From contig CAVYTH010000009.1 in the NCBI GenBank assembly GCA_963771345.1, positions 257 to 64,256 of the forward strand: a DNA stretch of 64,000 nucleotides, given 5' to 3'. This document shows, in pieces, positions 1-9,644 of the stretch. Source of the stretch: an uncultured Actinomycetota bacterium (GTDB lineage: Bacteria; Actinomycetota; Actinomycetes; JACCUZ01). The stretch's first letter is position 1; every line of letters begins with the position of its first letter. The notes beneath the pieces are model-generated. The model saw only the letters and a program-made list of their open reading frames with translations. It was not told the DNA's origin and did no database searches. Both the position numbers and the translations under genes were made by a program.

Positions 1-5
1 CTGCG

Positions 6-950
6 TCAGCCGGCGGCGAGGGCGTCGACGTCGCGCCGGTGCGGCACGGCTGGCACCGCGCCTCGACGACCCACGGACAGCGCTGCTGCTGCGTTCGCCC
101 GTGCCAGGGCGACCGGCACCAGCAGCCCGTCGGCTAGGGCCGCGGCCAGGTATCCAGCGAAGGAGTCGCCCGCTGCTGTGGTGTCGACGACGTTGACGGA
201 GCGGCCTGGTTCGTGGTGGCGTGCTCCGGCTCGGTCCCGGTACAGCGCCCCGCGGGGCCCGAGCGTGACCAGGACGGCCGGCACTCGGTCCAGCAGCCGG
301 TCCAGATCGCGGTCCACGGTGTCTGCAGCGCCCCCTCGGTCATCTCGCGGCGACCCAGCCCACGACGTGTCGGCCGCAAGCGCCCGAGCCTCGCCCTCGT
401 TGATGAGCAGCAGGTCGATGCTGTCGCACAGGCGATCGTCCAGGGGCGACTGGGGCGCGGCGTTGAGGACGACCGTCGTGCCGGCCGCGCGAGCCAGTCC
501 GGCCGCTTCGGTGACCGTCGGCAGCGGGATCTCCAGCTGCATGAGGAGCACCTGCGCCGCGGCGACCGCAGCCCGCTCAGACTTCCCGAGCCCGGTCAGT
601 TCGGCGTTCGCGCCGGGGTCGACGACGATGGCGTTCTCGCCGGCCGCATCGACGATCACCACAGCGAGGCCGGTTCTGCCGTGCGTCGTCCGGACCAAAG
701 CCTCGATGCCGTCAGCGGCGAGGATCCGCAGCAGCTCCGCACCCTCCGGGTCCGTCCCGACCGCCCCGACGAAACGGGTGCGGGCGCCGGCCCGGGCCGC
801 TGCGACCGCCTGGTTCAGGCCCTTGCCACCCGGACCGCTCAGTCGTGTCGCCCCGAGCACGGTCTCCCCGGCCTTCGGCAACTCGGGTACCCGTAGGGCG
901 ATGTCGACGTTGGCACTTCCGAGCACCGTCACTCCGGATCGAATGGGCAT
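6..950 (-). CDS. rbsK: Ribokinase / PfkB-family carbohydrate kinase
   Basis: 314-aa intact ORF. N-terminal 'VLGSANVDIALRVPELPKAGETV' and 'GGKGLNQAVAAARAG' match the ribokinase family. Confidence 0.85.
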   Translation of the reverse strand: MPIRSGVTVLGSANVDIALRVPELPKAGETVLGATRLSGPGGKGLNQAVAAARAGARTRFVGAVGTDPEGAELLRILAADGIEALVRTTHGRTGLAVVIVDAAGENAIVVDPGANAELTGLGKSERAAVAAAQVLLMQLEIPLPTVTEAAGLARAAGTTVVLNAAPQSPLDDRLCDSIDLLLINEGEARALAADTSWAGSPRDDRGGAADTVDRDLDRLLDRVPAVLVTLGPRGALYRDRAGARHHEPGRSVNVVDTTAAGDSFAGYLAAALADGLLVPVALARANAAAALSVGRRGAVPAVPHRRDVDALAAG

Positions 951-1482
951 ACCGGAACGCTACGACTCCAGGACGGTGCCGCACCCCACCCGGCGAGGCA
1001 GCTCCAGGATCGGCAAAGTGCGTGCGTGGCAGCTACCAGGCATTTACCGGAGCGACGACACCCGTGCGGCGGCGGTGGGGTGGGCCGCTTGGGTCTGGCG
1101 GCCGCAGGCGCGAGTGGCCCCGGCGGGGCCTGTCCCGCTCGCCCGCCTGACCGATTTGCCCGATGTCCGTGCCAGCAACTCCCGGCCGAACCCGACCAAG
1201 CCCCGCGACACACTTCGTTCGCGGCGAGCCCTCGAAGCAACCTTTCCCGGGACCCACGACAGCTCGGCAGCCGTGAGGAAGAGCTGCGGCCGCGCGATCC
1301 GGCGCGCTGAACTGGCACTACCCATCGGTCTGGGTCCGGCGAGCCTCCGGATCGTGCGGCGAAGAGGGCCTGCCGCGACCAGCAGCATCCGCGGGCAGCG
1401 GGGTCGGGTCGCCTGCGGTGAACGGGACTTGCTGACGTGTCCGTTGTCCGGCCGGACCTCGTCTTTGCAGTCCTGGGACGAT

Positions 1483-1857
1483 TCAGCGCACCTTTTGCGC
1501 CTTCAAGCCGTGCTGGTTGATGGCTGCGAGGAAGGCCCGGCCGGCAGCCTCCACCACGTCCGTGGACGACGCCGTAACCGCTACCCGGCGGCCCGGCATC
1601 TCTACCTCGAGCTCGACTTCGCCGACGGCCTCGCTTCCTGGGCCGACCGAGTATGCGCGGAACGCGACTACCCGCGCCGCCACCCCTGTGGCCCGTGAGA
1701 TCGAGTCGCAGACGGCGTCGATAAGCCCATTACCGGACCCCTCGGCGTGCATTTGCTTGCCTTGGCGGGTCAGCTGCACGCTGGCTCGCGGCCCGTCCTG
1801 CGATCCCCCGGCGTAAGTGATCGCGTCGAACTGCCAGCTGGTCGATAGTTCGGTCAT
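1483..1857 (-). CDS. Stand-alone LeuA allosteric (dimerisation) domain protein
   Basis: From the internal Met 'MTELSTSWQFDAITYAGG...EGSGNGLIDAVCDSI' the sequence resembles the C-terminal regulatory domain of 2-isopropylmalate synthase. No TIM-barrel catalytic part lies upstream. Confidence 0.55.
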   Translation of the reverse strand: MTELSTSWQFDAITYAGGSQDGPRASVQLTRQGKQMHAEGSGNGLIDAVCDSISRATGVAARVVAFRAYSVGPGSEAVGEVELEVEMPGRRVAVTASSTDVVEAAGRAFLAAINQHGLKAQKVR

Positions 1858-2038
1858 GCGGTGCTCCTGGCTCGAGCGGAGCGTCGGCTCGGTGCACGGC
1901 AGCATAGGGCGCCTTGGATCGGCCCGGGAGCCCCCAACCTCTGAGGGAGGCTCCGGCCGGTCTGGTAACCAGAATCCGCGAGTGCGATCCATATGGATCC
2001 AGCGTTCCGCATTCGACCGGTGGCAGCGCCGGGGTGAC

Positions 2039-2754
2039 TCACATGGCGTCGAGCTCGGCTGGGTCGAGATACACCCCGTGCCGGAGCACCGCCGCCGGGG
2101 TCACAGCGCGGGCCGCAGCCTGCACTTCCTTATCGGGCTCAACATCCCACGGGTCGTCCAACGTTCAGCGCGGATCGTCAAGCCATTCAGGCCGTGGGAG
2201 ACCGCCCTGGGTCAACGTCAGATCGACCACGGCCGCCAGGAGCGCGTCGTAGCGCCGGTCACCAGTTGTCGAGGGCCGTATCACCGTCATAGCGGCCGCC
2301 AGGACCGGGTCAGCGCGGTGCAGCTCCGCGGCGAACTGGAGGATTTCGCGGTAGGCGCTGCGTTGGTCTCCGCCGACCAGGTGCGCGTAGACCTCGTGGC
2401 GGCGAGACCGGCCGGGCGCGGAGACGGGCCGCGATCAGTGTCGGCAGGCTCCTCAGGGTCGCGGATCCCGAACACATTGCCGTGCCCTGCGGCGTTCCGT
2501 AGGTGACGGACCATCTCCAGGATGGGGGCCCGGTCAAAGTAGTCCTCAGCAGCGAGGCGATCACCAAGCATGATCAAGGCGCTGACGAGAAACGCACGAT
2601 CCAGCTCTTCGGCAAGGACTAAGTCTGTTCGCGCTGCTTCGACGTGGTGCACCTTCGTATGCGAGAGACGTTCCGTCCTTTCGCTTAACCAGTCCTTCCG
2701 GTGGCCCGCCTGGTGCGTGGGAGGGCGGTGCGAGACTGAGACTGCGGTTGTCAC
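2039..2754 (-). pseudogene. Degenerate HEPN-like (RNxxxH motif) hypothetical gene with frameshift/stop
   Basis: 'FDRAPILEMVRHLRNAAGHGNVF' carries an R-N-x3-H HEPN/HepT-like motif. The reading frame breaks around 2290 and an in-frame stop sits near 2170, so the C-terminal part '...VEPDKEVQAAARAVTPAAVLRHGVYLDPAELDAM*' lies in another frame. Confidence 0.25.
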
Positions 2755-2933
2755 GGATGAGGCCCATCGCGGCGTCGTGGACGTACAGCCCGCAGGTCAG
2801 GCGGCGTGCGAGTTGGCCCACCTCCGCAGCGCTCATCCCGGACAGTCTGCCGAACGCTCACCGCGGGCGACGCCACGGGTGGAGCCGCCAGGTGCAAGCT
2901 GTTGCCGTCGGTCTTCGGACACCAGCTATGGGC

Positions 2934-3194
2934 TCACGGCTCCCAGGTCGGCAGTGGCCGTCCTCCGACGGGTGTGATCTTCGTCGTGCACACCCTCATC
3001 CCCGGCAGCAGAAACCTATTGAGCTGCTCGAAGTCGTCGGCCTCCACGATGAGATAGATCGTGTGCTCCATGAAGGCGCCGTACATGGCGACGAGCGTCA
3101 CCTCTGACACGCTTGCGTCGTGCAGGGAGCCGGATCCCCCGCGGCCGTAGGGGCAGTTCTCCGGAGTGTGTACTTGCTCTACGTGGAAGAGCAC
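2934..3194 (-). CDS. DUF3303-like small protein (muconolactone-isomerase-like fold)
   Basis: GTG start 'VLFHVEQVHTPENCPYGR...' parallels the DUF3303 pattern MLFHVxMxVxLP. Ends '...MRVCTTKITPV'. Confidence 0.45.
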   Translation of the reverse strand: MLFHVEQVHTPENCPYGRGGSGSLHDASVSEVTLVAMYGAFMEHTIYLIVEADDFEQLNRFLLPGMRVCTTKITPVGGRPLPTWEP

Positions 3195-3418
3195 GGTGAG
3201 TCCTCTCTGTCGCGGTTGGCCGGATCGAGCATCCCACCTGGGTGACGACGAGATCAGCGCCACGGCATCAGGCGCCACGTGCAATCTGTGGACGTCGGTC
3301 CTCGGACACCATGTCTCAGGGCCCTGGCCTGCGGAAACGCCGGTCAGGGCCTTCTGCTTCGCGCTGTGGACCGCGGCGCGGGCGGGGGCGACGCCCGTAG
3401 CGCCGCCCCCGCCTCAGC

Positions 3419-4281
3419 TCACTCCTTGCCGCAGTCGAACTTCGCCACGCCGGCGGCCATCTGGATCCCGCCGAGCACGTGGGAGAGCAGCCGCGGCTCA
3501 TCCCAGTAGTCGCCCTTGTGGCCGAGCGCCGTGTAGAAGGACCGGCCGCCGTCGTAGGGCTGGCACCAGGCGATCGGGTGGTCGCCCATCGGCGCGGAGC
3601 CGCCCGGAACGCTGTAGCCGCGCGGGTCGTACGTGCTCTCGTCGACCGAGAGCAGCACGTGAACGGTGCTGCGCGGATTGGTCCGGAAGTTGTACCACTC
3701 CTCCTCGCGCGTCCAGGTGCGGCCGAGCCCCGCGTCGCCGCGCTGTGCCGGTCCTCGACGTTCATCGTCGCCGTCTGGAACTGCTGGTTCACGCCGGGCA
3801 CCCCTGGGTGGTCGCGGAAGTACGCGCCGACCAACCCGCCGTACCACGCCCAGTCGTACTCGGTGTCGGACGCCGAGTGGATGCCGGCGTAGCCGCCGCC
3901 GGCCTGGATGTAGCGCTCGAACGCCGCCTGCTGCGTGTCGTTCAGGACGTCACCGGTGGTGCACAGGAAGATCACCACGTCGTAGTCGGCGAGGTTGGCG
4001 TCGGTGAACAGCGCCGGGTTCTCCGTCGCGTCGACCTCGAACCCGCGCTGCACGGCCATCTGCGCGATCGCCACCGTTGCCTGCGGGATGCACTCGGTGT
4101 GCCTGAACGCGGCAGTCCGGGAGAAGATGAGCGCATTGAACCGCTTGTTCGTGGGCGGCGCGGCTCGGTCGCCCTTGCCGTCCGGGCTGTCGGCGATCGC
4201 CGGGGCGAGTGGGACGAGCAGCACGGCGACGAACGCTGCCGCCAGGAACCCGATGACCCCGCGCCTGTAGGAAGCCTTCAT
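3419..4281 (-). CDS. thuA: ThuA-family (trehalose utilisation / type-1 glutamine-amidotransferase-like) secreted protein, frameshifted
   Basis: Signal peptide 'MKASYRRGVIGFLAAAFVAVLLVPLAPAIA'. 'ALIFSRTAAFRHTECIPQ...GGGYAGIHSASDT' and the C-terminal 'TWTREEEWYNF...FYTALGHKGDYWDEP' lie in two frames, consistent with a 1-nt indel near 3730. Confidence 0.75.
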
Positions 4282-4434
4282 GTGACCCTCCTTCGGTGGA
4301 TGAGGATGGTCGACATGACCCGCATTCACGCCGAATGTCCCGACGCTAACCCACAGTTTCGAGACCGTGAAGACCGTGGTGGCCGGAAAGGCGCGGCCTC
4401 CCGCGGCACCGCGGAAGCGCGGGGCCCTGCCGAT

Positions 4435-4851
4435 TCAGCGCGCGCGAGCGGGTGGTCGGCCAGCTCCTTGAGGCGTCGCGCGCACGGAGGCGGGCAGCCT
4501 CTGATCCGACCAGGTACCGCCAACGTGGGTGACGACCTGGCCCGCTGCCCGACCACGCTGCAGGATCTTGCGGACCCGCCGCTTGTCGGCGACCCGACGG
4601 ACCGTCACCTCGATCACGGCAGCTGTCGTCGTGGTCACGGCAGTCCAGACGATCGCTCGCCGCCAGGACGTCTCGGGGTCGCTGGGGATCGGTCGCTTGC
4701 GGCCGGCGACCCGCTCGTAGGCGATGCCGAGGCCGGCTCTGGCCACCCAGACCGCCCCGGCAGCCACAAGCGGGGCGAGCAGGTGAAGCAGTGGGTGCGC
4801 GCGGCCGCCGTACTCGACGTCGGTGCCGCCATCGGCTACCCCAACCATCAG
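4435..4851 (-). CDS. Hypothetical membrane protein
   Basis: ORF with two hydrophobic segments ('LHLLAPLVAAGAVWVARAGLGIAY', 'AIVWTAVTTTTAAVIEV'). No recognisable family. Confidence 0.2.
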   Translation of the reverse strand: MMVGVADGGTDVEYGGRAHPLLHLLAPLVAAGAVWVARAGLGIAYERVAGRKRPIPSDPETSWRRAIVWTAVTTTTAAVIEVTVRRVADKRRVRKILQRGRAAGQVVTHVGGTWSDQRLPASVRATPQGAGRPPARAR

Positions 4852-4876
4852 CGCGCCTCCTTGGTGATGCAGCGCC

Positions 4877-5364
4877 TCAGTGGTCGCCGAAGGTCTCCAG
4901 CAGGACCTTCCGCTCGTCATCGGTGAGGTTCGTGTCGATCAGCTTCATGTGGTGCCGTGGAACCGCTCGCCCACCCGGTCCAGGTCGCCCTGCTCGGTTA
5001 CCAGGAAGAGCGCCGACGTCCCCTCCGTGATCTCGGCGCGGATCGTCTCCAGCTGATCCTTGGTGATGCCTACGCCCTCGGTGGCTTTCGCCACCCCGCC
5101 GATGGCGGCGCCTGCGGCGGCGCCGATCAGGGGGATGAAGAAGAGCGCGCCGAAGAGCAGCCCCCACAGGGCTCCCCACCCGCCGCCGCGCTTGACCGCG
5201 TCGTGGCTGTGCTTCGTCTCGGGGCGCCTCGCCCCGGTCGGCCAGGACACCACCGCATGATCGAGGATCTTGATCAGGCCTTCGCCGGCCACGTGCTCAA
5301 GCTGCGAGGCAGCGTGACCGGCGCCATCCGGGGTGTCGAACTTCCAAACCGTGAAAGCGGTCAT
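4877..5364 (-). CDS. DUF1269 membrane protein, frameshift near C-terminus
   Basis: 'HAVVSWPTGARRPETKHSHDAVKRGGGWGALWGLLFGALFFIPLIGAAAGAAIGG' is a typical DUF1269 pattern. The C-terminal 'MKLIDTNLTDDERKVLLETFGDH*' continues in another frame at ~4945. Confidence 0.55.
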
Positions 5365-5454
5365 CTCGTCCTCCCGCAGCGAGCAGTAGGACGACCGTCG
5401 TGCCCGCGTGCGGTCGACGCATCACCCGTGCTGGATGAGGTCGACCGGCTGCGG

Positions 5455-5844
5455 TCAGGCGCTGGCGCGAAGCTTCTTGCCGCGCAGCAGGGCGAGGCGC
5501 TCGGCCAGGATGACCTCGAGCTCCGGGATCGACCGCCGCTCGAGCACGTGCTGCCACGGCGTCTTCGGGACGGGCTTGCCGTGCCGGGCCGCGTGCCCGG
5601 CCGCGGACAGCGCCTGGGCGGAGACCTCGGGGTCGAGCCCGTCGGCGACGGCGTCCTGCCGGCAGCTGCCGCAGTCCCACACGGCCGGTACGTCGGTGAC
5701 CTCGGCCGAGAACGGCACCTCGGTCTGGTGCTGGTCAGCGCAGACGTAGCGCACCCGCTGCACCTGTGCGGTGCTCGGCCCGTCACCGTTCTCGTAGCTG
5801 ATCGAGCCCATGTTCGATCCGACGATCCTGCCCTTGCCTGCCAT
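5455..5844 (-). CDS. rbpA: RNA polymerase-binding protein RbpA
   Basis: 'MAGKGRIVGSNMGSISYE...RYVCADQHQTEVPFSAE...RSIPELEVILAERLALLRG' matches the actinobacterial RbpA N-terminus and the sigma-interaction C-terminal helix. Confidence 0.85.
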   Translation of the reverse strand: MAGKGRIVGSNMGSISYENGDGPSTAQVQRVRYVCADQHQTEVPFSAEVTDVPAVWDCGSCRQDAVADGLDPEVSAQALSAAGHAARHGKPVPKTPWQHVLERRSIPELEVILAERLALLRGKKLRASA

Positions 5845-6025
5845 GCTCGTCCTCTCCAAGACTGCCCGCCCACGCACGCTGGGCCGGCGACGGTCACCGG
5901 CTGAGCTGGGGGGTCGCGACGGGGACCAGCCCAGGGCCGATCACGCTCATCGCACCATCAGTGTAGCGCTACGCGCGGGTTCAGCCGACCGCGCCGCACC
6001 CAGGGGGCCGGTGATCCGGCCAGGC

Positions 6026-6658
6026 TCAGGGTGCCAGGCGGAAGGGCGGGTACTCGTCGGTGACCAGGACGAGGGCGTACCCGACGACCCGGTTGTGCCA
6101 GCGAGTCACGCCCTCCACGTAGTCGAAGAGGCCGCGCGGGTAGCGACCGGTGAACAAGATCGCGAACCAGGCCGCGACGACCACGAAGAACGCGCCGACG
6201 TACAGGGCAAAGAGGACGAAGTAGTGCGGGATCGCGAGGAACCACTTCACCAGCGGCATCCAGCGGTTCAGGCCCTCCTTGGCGTCCGGGTAGGGGAAGT
6301 CCAGATGCACCGACTGCTGCTCGTCGGTCGAGGGGTAGCGGTCGTCGGTCAGCGCGACGTACAGGCCGACGCGGTTGGCGAAGCGCAGCAGCTCGAGGTT
6401 CCAGTCGAACCACCAGCGCGGGTACTTCTGCCGGAACACGATCATCAGCGCCGGCGGGACGAACAACAGCCCGGTGCCGCCGACGACGATGACGGTGGTG
6501 CCCGAGCTGCTCCCTGCGTCGTCGCCACTCTGGTAGCCGACGATGGCGCCGATGACGATCGCGATCGGGATGACCGCGAAGAGCCGGAAGGCCGTGCTGA
6601 CGCGGTTGAGCTCGCGATCCGGGTAGTCGACGGAGAACTGCACCGGGTAGTCGTTCAT
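6026..6658 (-). CDS. DUF4389 membrane protein
   Basis: 'MNDYPVQFSVDYPDRELNRVSTAFRLFAVIPIAIV...RYPRWWFDWNLELLRF...AIPHYFVLFALYV' is the DUF4389 signature. Confidence 0.7.
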   Translation of the reverse strand: MNDYPVQFSVDYPDRELNRVSTAFRLFAVIPIAIVIGAIVGYQSGDDAGSSSGTTVIVVGGTGLLFVPPALMIVFRQKYPRWWFDWNLELLRFANRVGLYVALTDDRYPSTDEQQSVHLDFPYPDAKEGLNRWMPLVKWFLAIPHYFVLFALYVGAFFVVVAAWFAILFTGRYPRGLFDYVEGVTRWHNRVVGYALVLVTDEYPPFRLAP

Positions 6659-6778
6659 CTCATCACTCCTGTCGAGGCGGCGAGGAACAACAACCGACGA
6701 GCGTAGTGAACCCGCGACGTCCTGCGCCCGTCCTCGTCCGCAACTCCCCACGACTTCTGATGCAGCCGGAGGCACACC

Positions 6779-7414
6779 ATGAAGAACAACCCGAGCCCGG
6801 CCGGCATGTTCGCCGCCGGTGTCGTCGTCGCCCTGGTGCTCACGGGTGGTGGTGTGGCCTACGCGGCCAACGGTGGAGCGCTGATCATCGGCAAGGCGAA
6901 CGTCGGCAGCAAGGTCACCCAGCTGACCGCCAACGGCACCCCGCTCAAGCTGAAGTCGCGCAACAGTGCCCCGCTGGCGGTCAACAACAGCCGGAAGGTC
7001 ACCAACCTGAACGCCGACAAGCTCGACGGGGTGGACTTCAGCACCGGCACGACGCAGGTGCGCGCCGGGTCGGGCGCCTACGTGGACGTCAACGCCGACG
7101 GTGTCAACGACGCCTTCATCGCCGTCGCCGAGTGCCCTCGGGGATCGCTGCTGACCGGGGGTGGCGCCGACGACTTCACCGACGGGTACAAGGTCGTGGA
7201 CTCCCCCACCGACGACGGCGTTGCCTGGATCGCGGCGGTGGTGGGCGACACGGGCGCCTCGCTGCCGGACGACCTGTTGGCCTTCGCGCTCTGCTACGAC
7301 CCGATGGGCGGGCCGAGCGGCACCACCTTCAAGTCGACTGGCTCTGGCCAGGTCAAGCTCACCGCCCAGGACAAGGCCGACCTGCTCCGCGCCGCTGCCG
7401 CCAAGTCGCGCTGA
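6779..7414 (+). CDS. Secreted / membrane-anchored hypothetical protein
   Basis: Intact 211-aa ORF with an N-terminal TM or signal segment 'MFAAGVVVALVLTGGGVAYAA'. No known domain recognised. Confidence 0.5.
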   Translation: MKNNPSPAGMFAAGVVVALVLTGGGVAYAANGGALIIGKANVGSKVTQLTANGTPLKLKSRNSAPLAVNNSRKVTNLNADKLDGVDFSTGTTQVRAGSGAYVDVNADGVNDAFIAVAECPRGSLLTGGGADDFTDGYKVVDSPTDDGVAWIAAVVGDTGASLPDDLLAFALCYDPMGGPSGTTFKSTGSGQVKLTAQDKADLLRAAAAKSR

Positions 7415-7504
7415 GCGGACCCCTCCGGGGCTTGCCTGCGCAACCTGCCAGCGAGAGCATGATCCCGGCAGATCACCTGCAGATCAGCTGGGGGGAGCAC
7501 GTCG

Positions 7505-8824
7505 ATGCCGTCATCCAGCCCGCCGAACATCGTCCTCGTCCTCACCGACGACCAGCGGACCGGCTCGATGAAGCGGATGCCGGCCGTCTGGTCGCTCATC
7601 CGCCGACGGGGTGTGCGCTACCCGAACGCGATGGCGCCCACGTCGCTGTGCTGCCCGTCGCGAGCCAGCATCCTGACCGGCCTCTACGCGCACCACACCC
7701 GGGTCTACAGCAACGGCCTGCCGGACGGCGGCTGGCAGCGGTTCCACGAACGGGGCCTGGAGGAACGCACCCTCGCCGTGGCACTGCACGACGTCGGCTA
7801 CGAGACCGGCATGTTCGGCAAGTACCTCAACGGAAGCTTCCCCACGGAGGCGGCTGCTGGCTACACGCCACCGGGCTGGGACCGGATGGTCACCTTCACC
7901 ACCAAGCCCGGCTACTTCGACTACCGGCTCAACGACGGCTCCCAGCACGGATCGAGACCCAAGGACTACTCGACCGACGTGCTCGGCGCACATGCGGTCG
8001 ACTTCATCCGTGACACGCCCGCCGACAAGCCGCTCTTCACGTACTTCGCTCCGGTCGGGCCGCACCGTCCGTTCAGCCCGGCGCCACGCCACTCCGGAGC
8101 CTGGGCCGGGAGGCTGCCGCCCCACAAGGGCCGATCAGTGACCGCGAGCGTCAAGAACAAGCCGCCCTGGATCCGCAACCGCCGCCGCGTCCCGCAGAAG
8201 ACGATCGACGCCCAGATCGCCTCGGCGCAAGAGGCGCTGATGTCGATCGACGAGGCTGTGAAGGACCTCGTGCAGGCCCTCACCGACACCGGCCGGATCG
8301 GCAACACGATGTTCATCTTCATGAGCGACAACGGGCTGATGGCCGGCGAGCACCACCTCAACCCGTGGAAGAACGTGCCGTACCGCTGGTCCACCTCGGT
8401 CCCGATGACGATCCGTTGGGACGGTCATCTGCCGGCGAACCGGACCGACCGCCGGCTCGCCCTCAACATCGACGTGGCCACCACGATCGCCGATGCGGCG
8501 TCCGCCACGATGTCCACCGACGGGCTGAGCCTGCTGCGGAGCCGGACCCGCTCGGGGTTCCCGCTCGAGGGCGGCCCCTGGCGCCGCTTCGACAGCCTGC
8601 CGAAGCATCCGGCCTACTGCGGCTGGCGGACGAAGAACTGGATGTACACCCAGTACGCGACCGGGGAGCAGGAGCTCTTCCACTACCGGGACGACCGCCA
8701 CGAGCTGCGCAACCTGAGCGACGAGCCGGCCCATCGCGCCCGACTGAAGGAGATGCGGGCGGCCGCGAAGGCCGCCTGCAAGCCGGTGCCGCCCAACTTC
8801 AGCTGGCCGCGGCAGGGAAAGTGA
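7505..8824 (+). CDS. Formylglycine-dependent (Cys-type) sulfatase
   Basis: 'IVLVLTDDQRTG...PTSLCCPSRASILTGLYAHHT' carries the C-x-P-S-R sulfatase signature. Intact 439 aa. Confidence 0.85.
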   Translation: MPSSSPPNIVLVLTDDQRTGSMKRMPAVWSLIRRRGVRYPNAMAPTSLCCPSRASILTGLYAHHTRVYSNGLPDGGWQRFHERGLEERTLAVALHDVGYETGMFGKYLNGSFPTEAAAGYTPPGWDRMVTFTTKPGYFDYRLNDGSQHGSRPKDYSTDVLGAHAVDFIRDTPADKPLFTYFAPVGPHRPFSPAPRHSGAWAGRLPPHKGRSVTASVKNKPPWIRNRRRVPQKTIDAQIASAQEALMSIDEAVKDLVQALTDTGRIGNTMFIFMSDNGLMAGEHHLNPWKNVPYRWSTSVPMTIRWDGHLPANRTDRRLALNIDVATTIADAASATMSTDGLSLLRSRTRSGFPLEGGPWRRFDSLPKHPAYCGWRTKNWMYTQYATGEQELFHYRDDRHELRNLSDEPAHRARLKEMRAAAKAACKPVPPNFSWPRQGK

Positions 8825-8892
8825 CCGCTCCGGCTGTTCGCTGACCGTCGACCCACGCCGCGACGCAGCATCGTTGTGACAGGCTCACTCGG

Positions 8893-9644
8893 GTGGGACG
8901 CCTCGACGACGTGGACCTGACCCTCCGGCTGTCCCGGAAGGAGGAGGCCAAAGAGCTGGCCGAGCAGCAGGAACGGCTGCTCCGGCTGCGACTCGCGCTC
9001 GGCGGCCAGATCGGCGGGCAGATCGGTCCGCCGCTGTGCGTGGTCTTCGAGGGCTGGGACGCGTCCGGCAAGGGCGGCGCGATCAAGCGGCTGGTCGACC
9101 ACCTCGACCCGCGCCACGTCCGGGTCTCGCAGTTCGCCGCGCCGACGTACGACGAGAAGCGGCACCACTTCCTCTGGCGGTTCTGGCCGCGGCTGCCCGG
9201 CTGGGGCGGGATGGCCGTGCTGGACCGGTCCTGGTACGGCCGGGTGCTGGTCGAGCGGGTCGAGGGGTTCGCCACCGACGAGCAGTGGCAGCGGGCGTAC
9301 GACGAGATCGTCGAGTTCGAGCGCACCCTGGTCGCCGAGGGCATGATCCTGGTGAAGTTCTGGATGCACCTCTCCCCCGAGGAGCAGCTGCGGCGGTTCG
9401 ACCGCCGCAAGGACGACCCGCTGAAGTCCTGGAAGCTCACCGACGAGGACTGGCGCAACCGCGAGAAGCACGAGCAGTACGTCGCACGCGGTCGAGGACA
9501 TGCTGGAGCGCACCGACCACCCCGACGGCGCCGTGGTACGTCGTCCCCGCGGAGGACAAGCGCTACGCCCGGGTCGCCGTCGTCCGGACGGTCTGCGAGG
9601 CGATCGAGCGGGCGACCCTCAACCCACCGGCTCCGGCCAGCTGA
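8893..9644 (+). CDS. ppk2: Polyphosphate kinase 2 (PPK2) family, two indels ~9480 and ~9527
   Basis: 'VVFEGWDASGKGGAIKRL' is the P-loop and 'FDRSWYGRVLVERVEGF' follows. The tail 'VEDMLERTDHPDAPWYVVPAEDKRYARV...' is spread over three frames. Confidence 0.8.

Noticed and set aside
950-1483. ~530-bp gap between ribokinase and the LeuA-domain gene as a possible riboswitch or sRNA
   Set aside because: No conserved riboswitch core such as T-box, SAM or TPP could be recognised. Competing short ORFs there are low complexity.
178-1698. 506-aa plus-strand ORF overlapping ribokinase and the intergenic region
   Set aside because: Arg/Ser/Pro/Ala-rich low-complexity translation, typical of an out-of-frame read of >70% GC DNA. 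It is antisense to a well-supported ribokinase.
3166-4926. 586-aa plus-strand ORF across thuA
   Set aside because: Antisense to ThuA, which has clear homology. Composition is R/G/A/P-dominated with no motifs.
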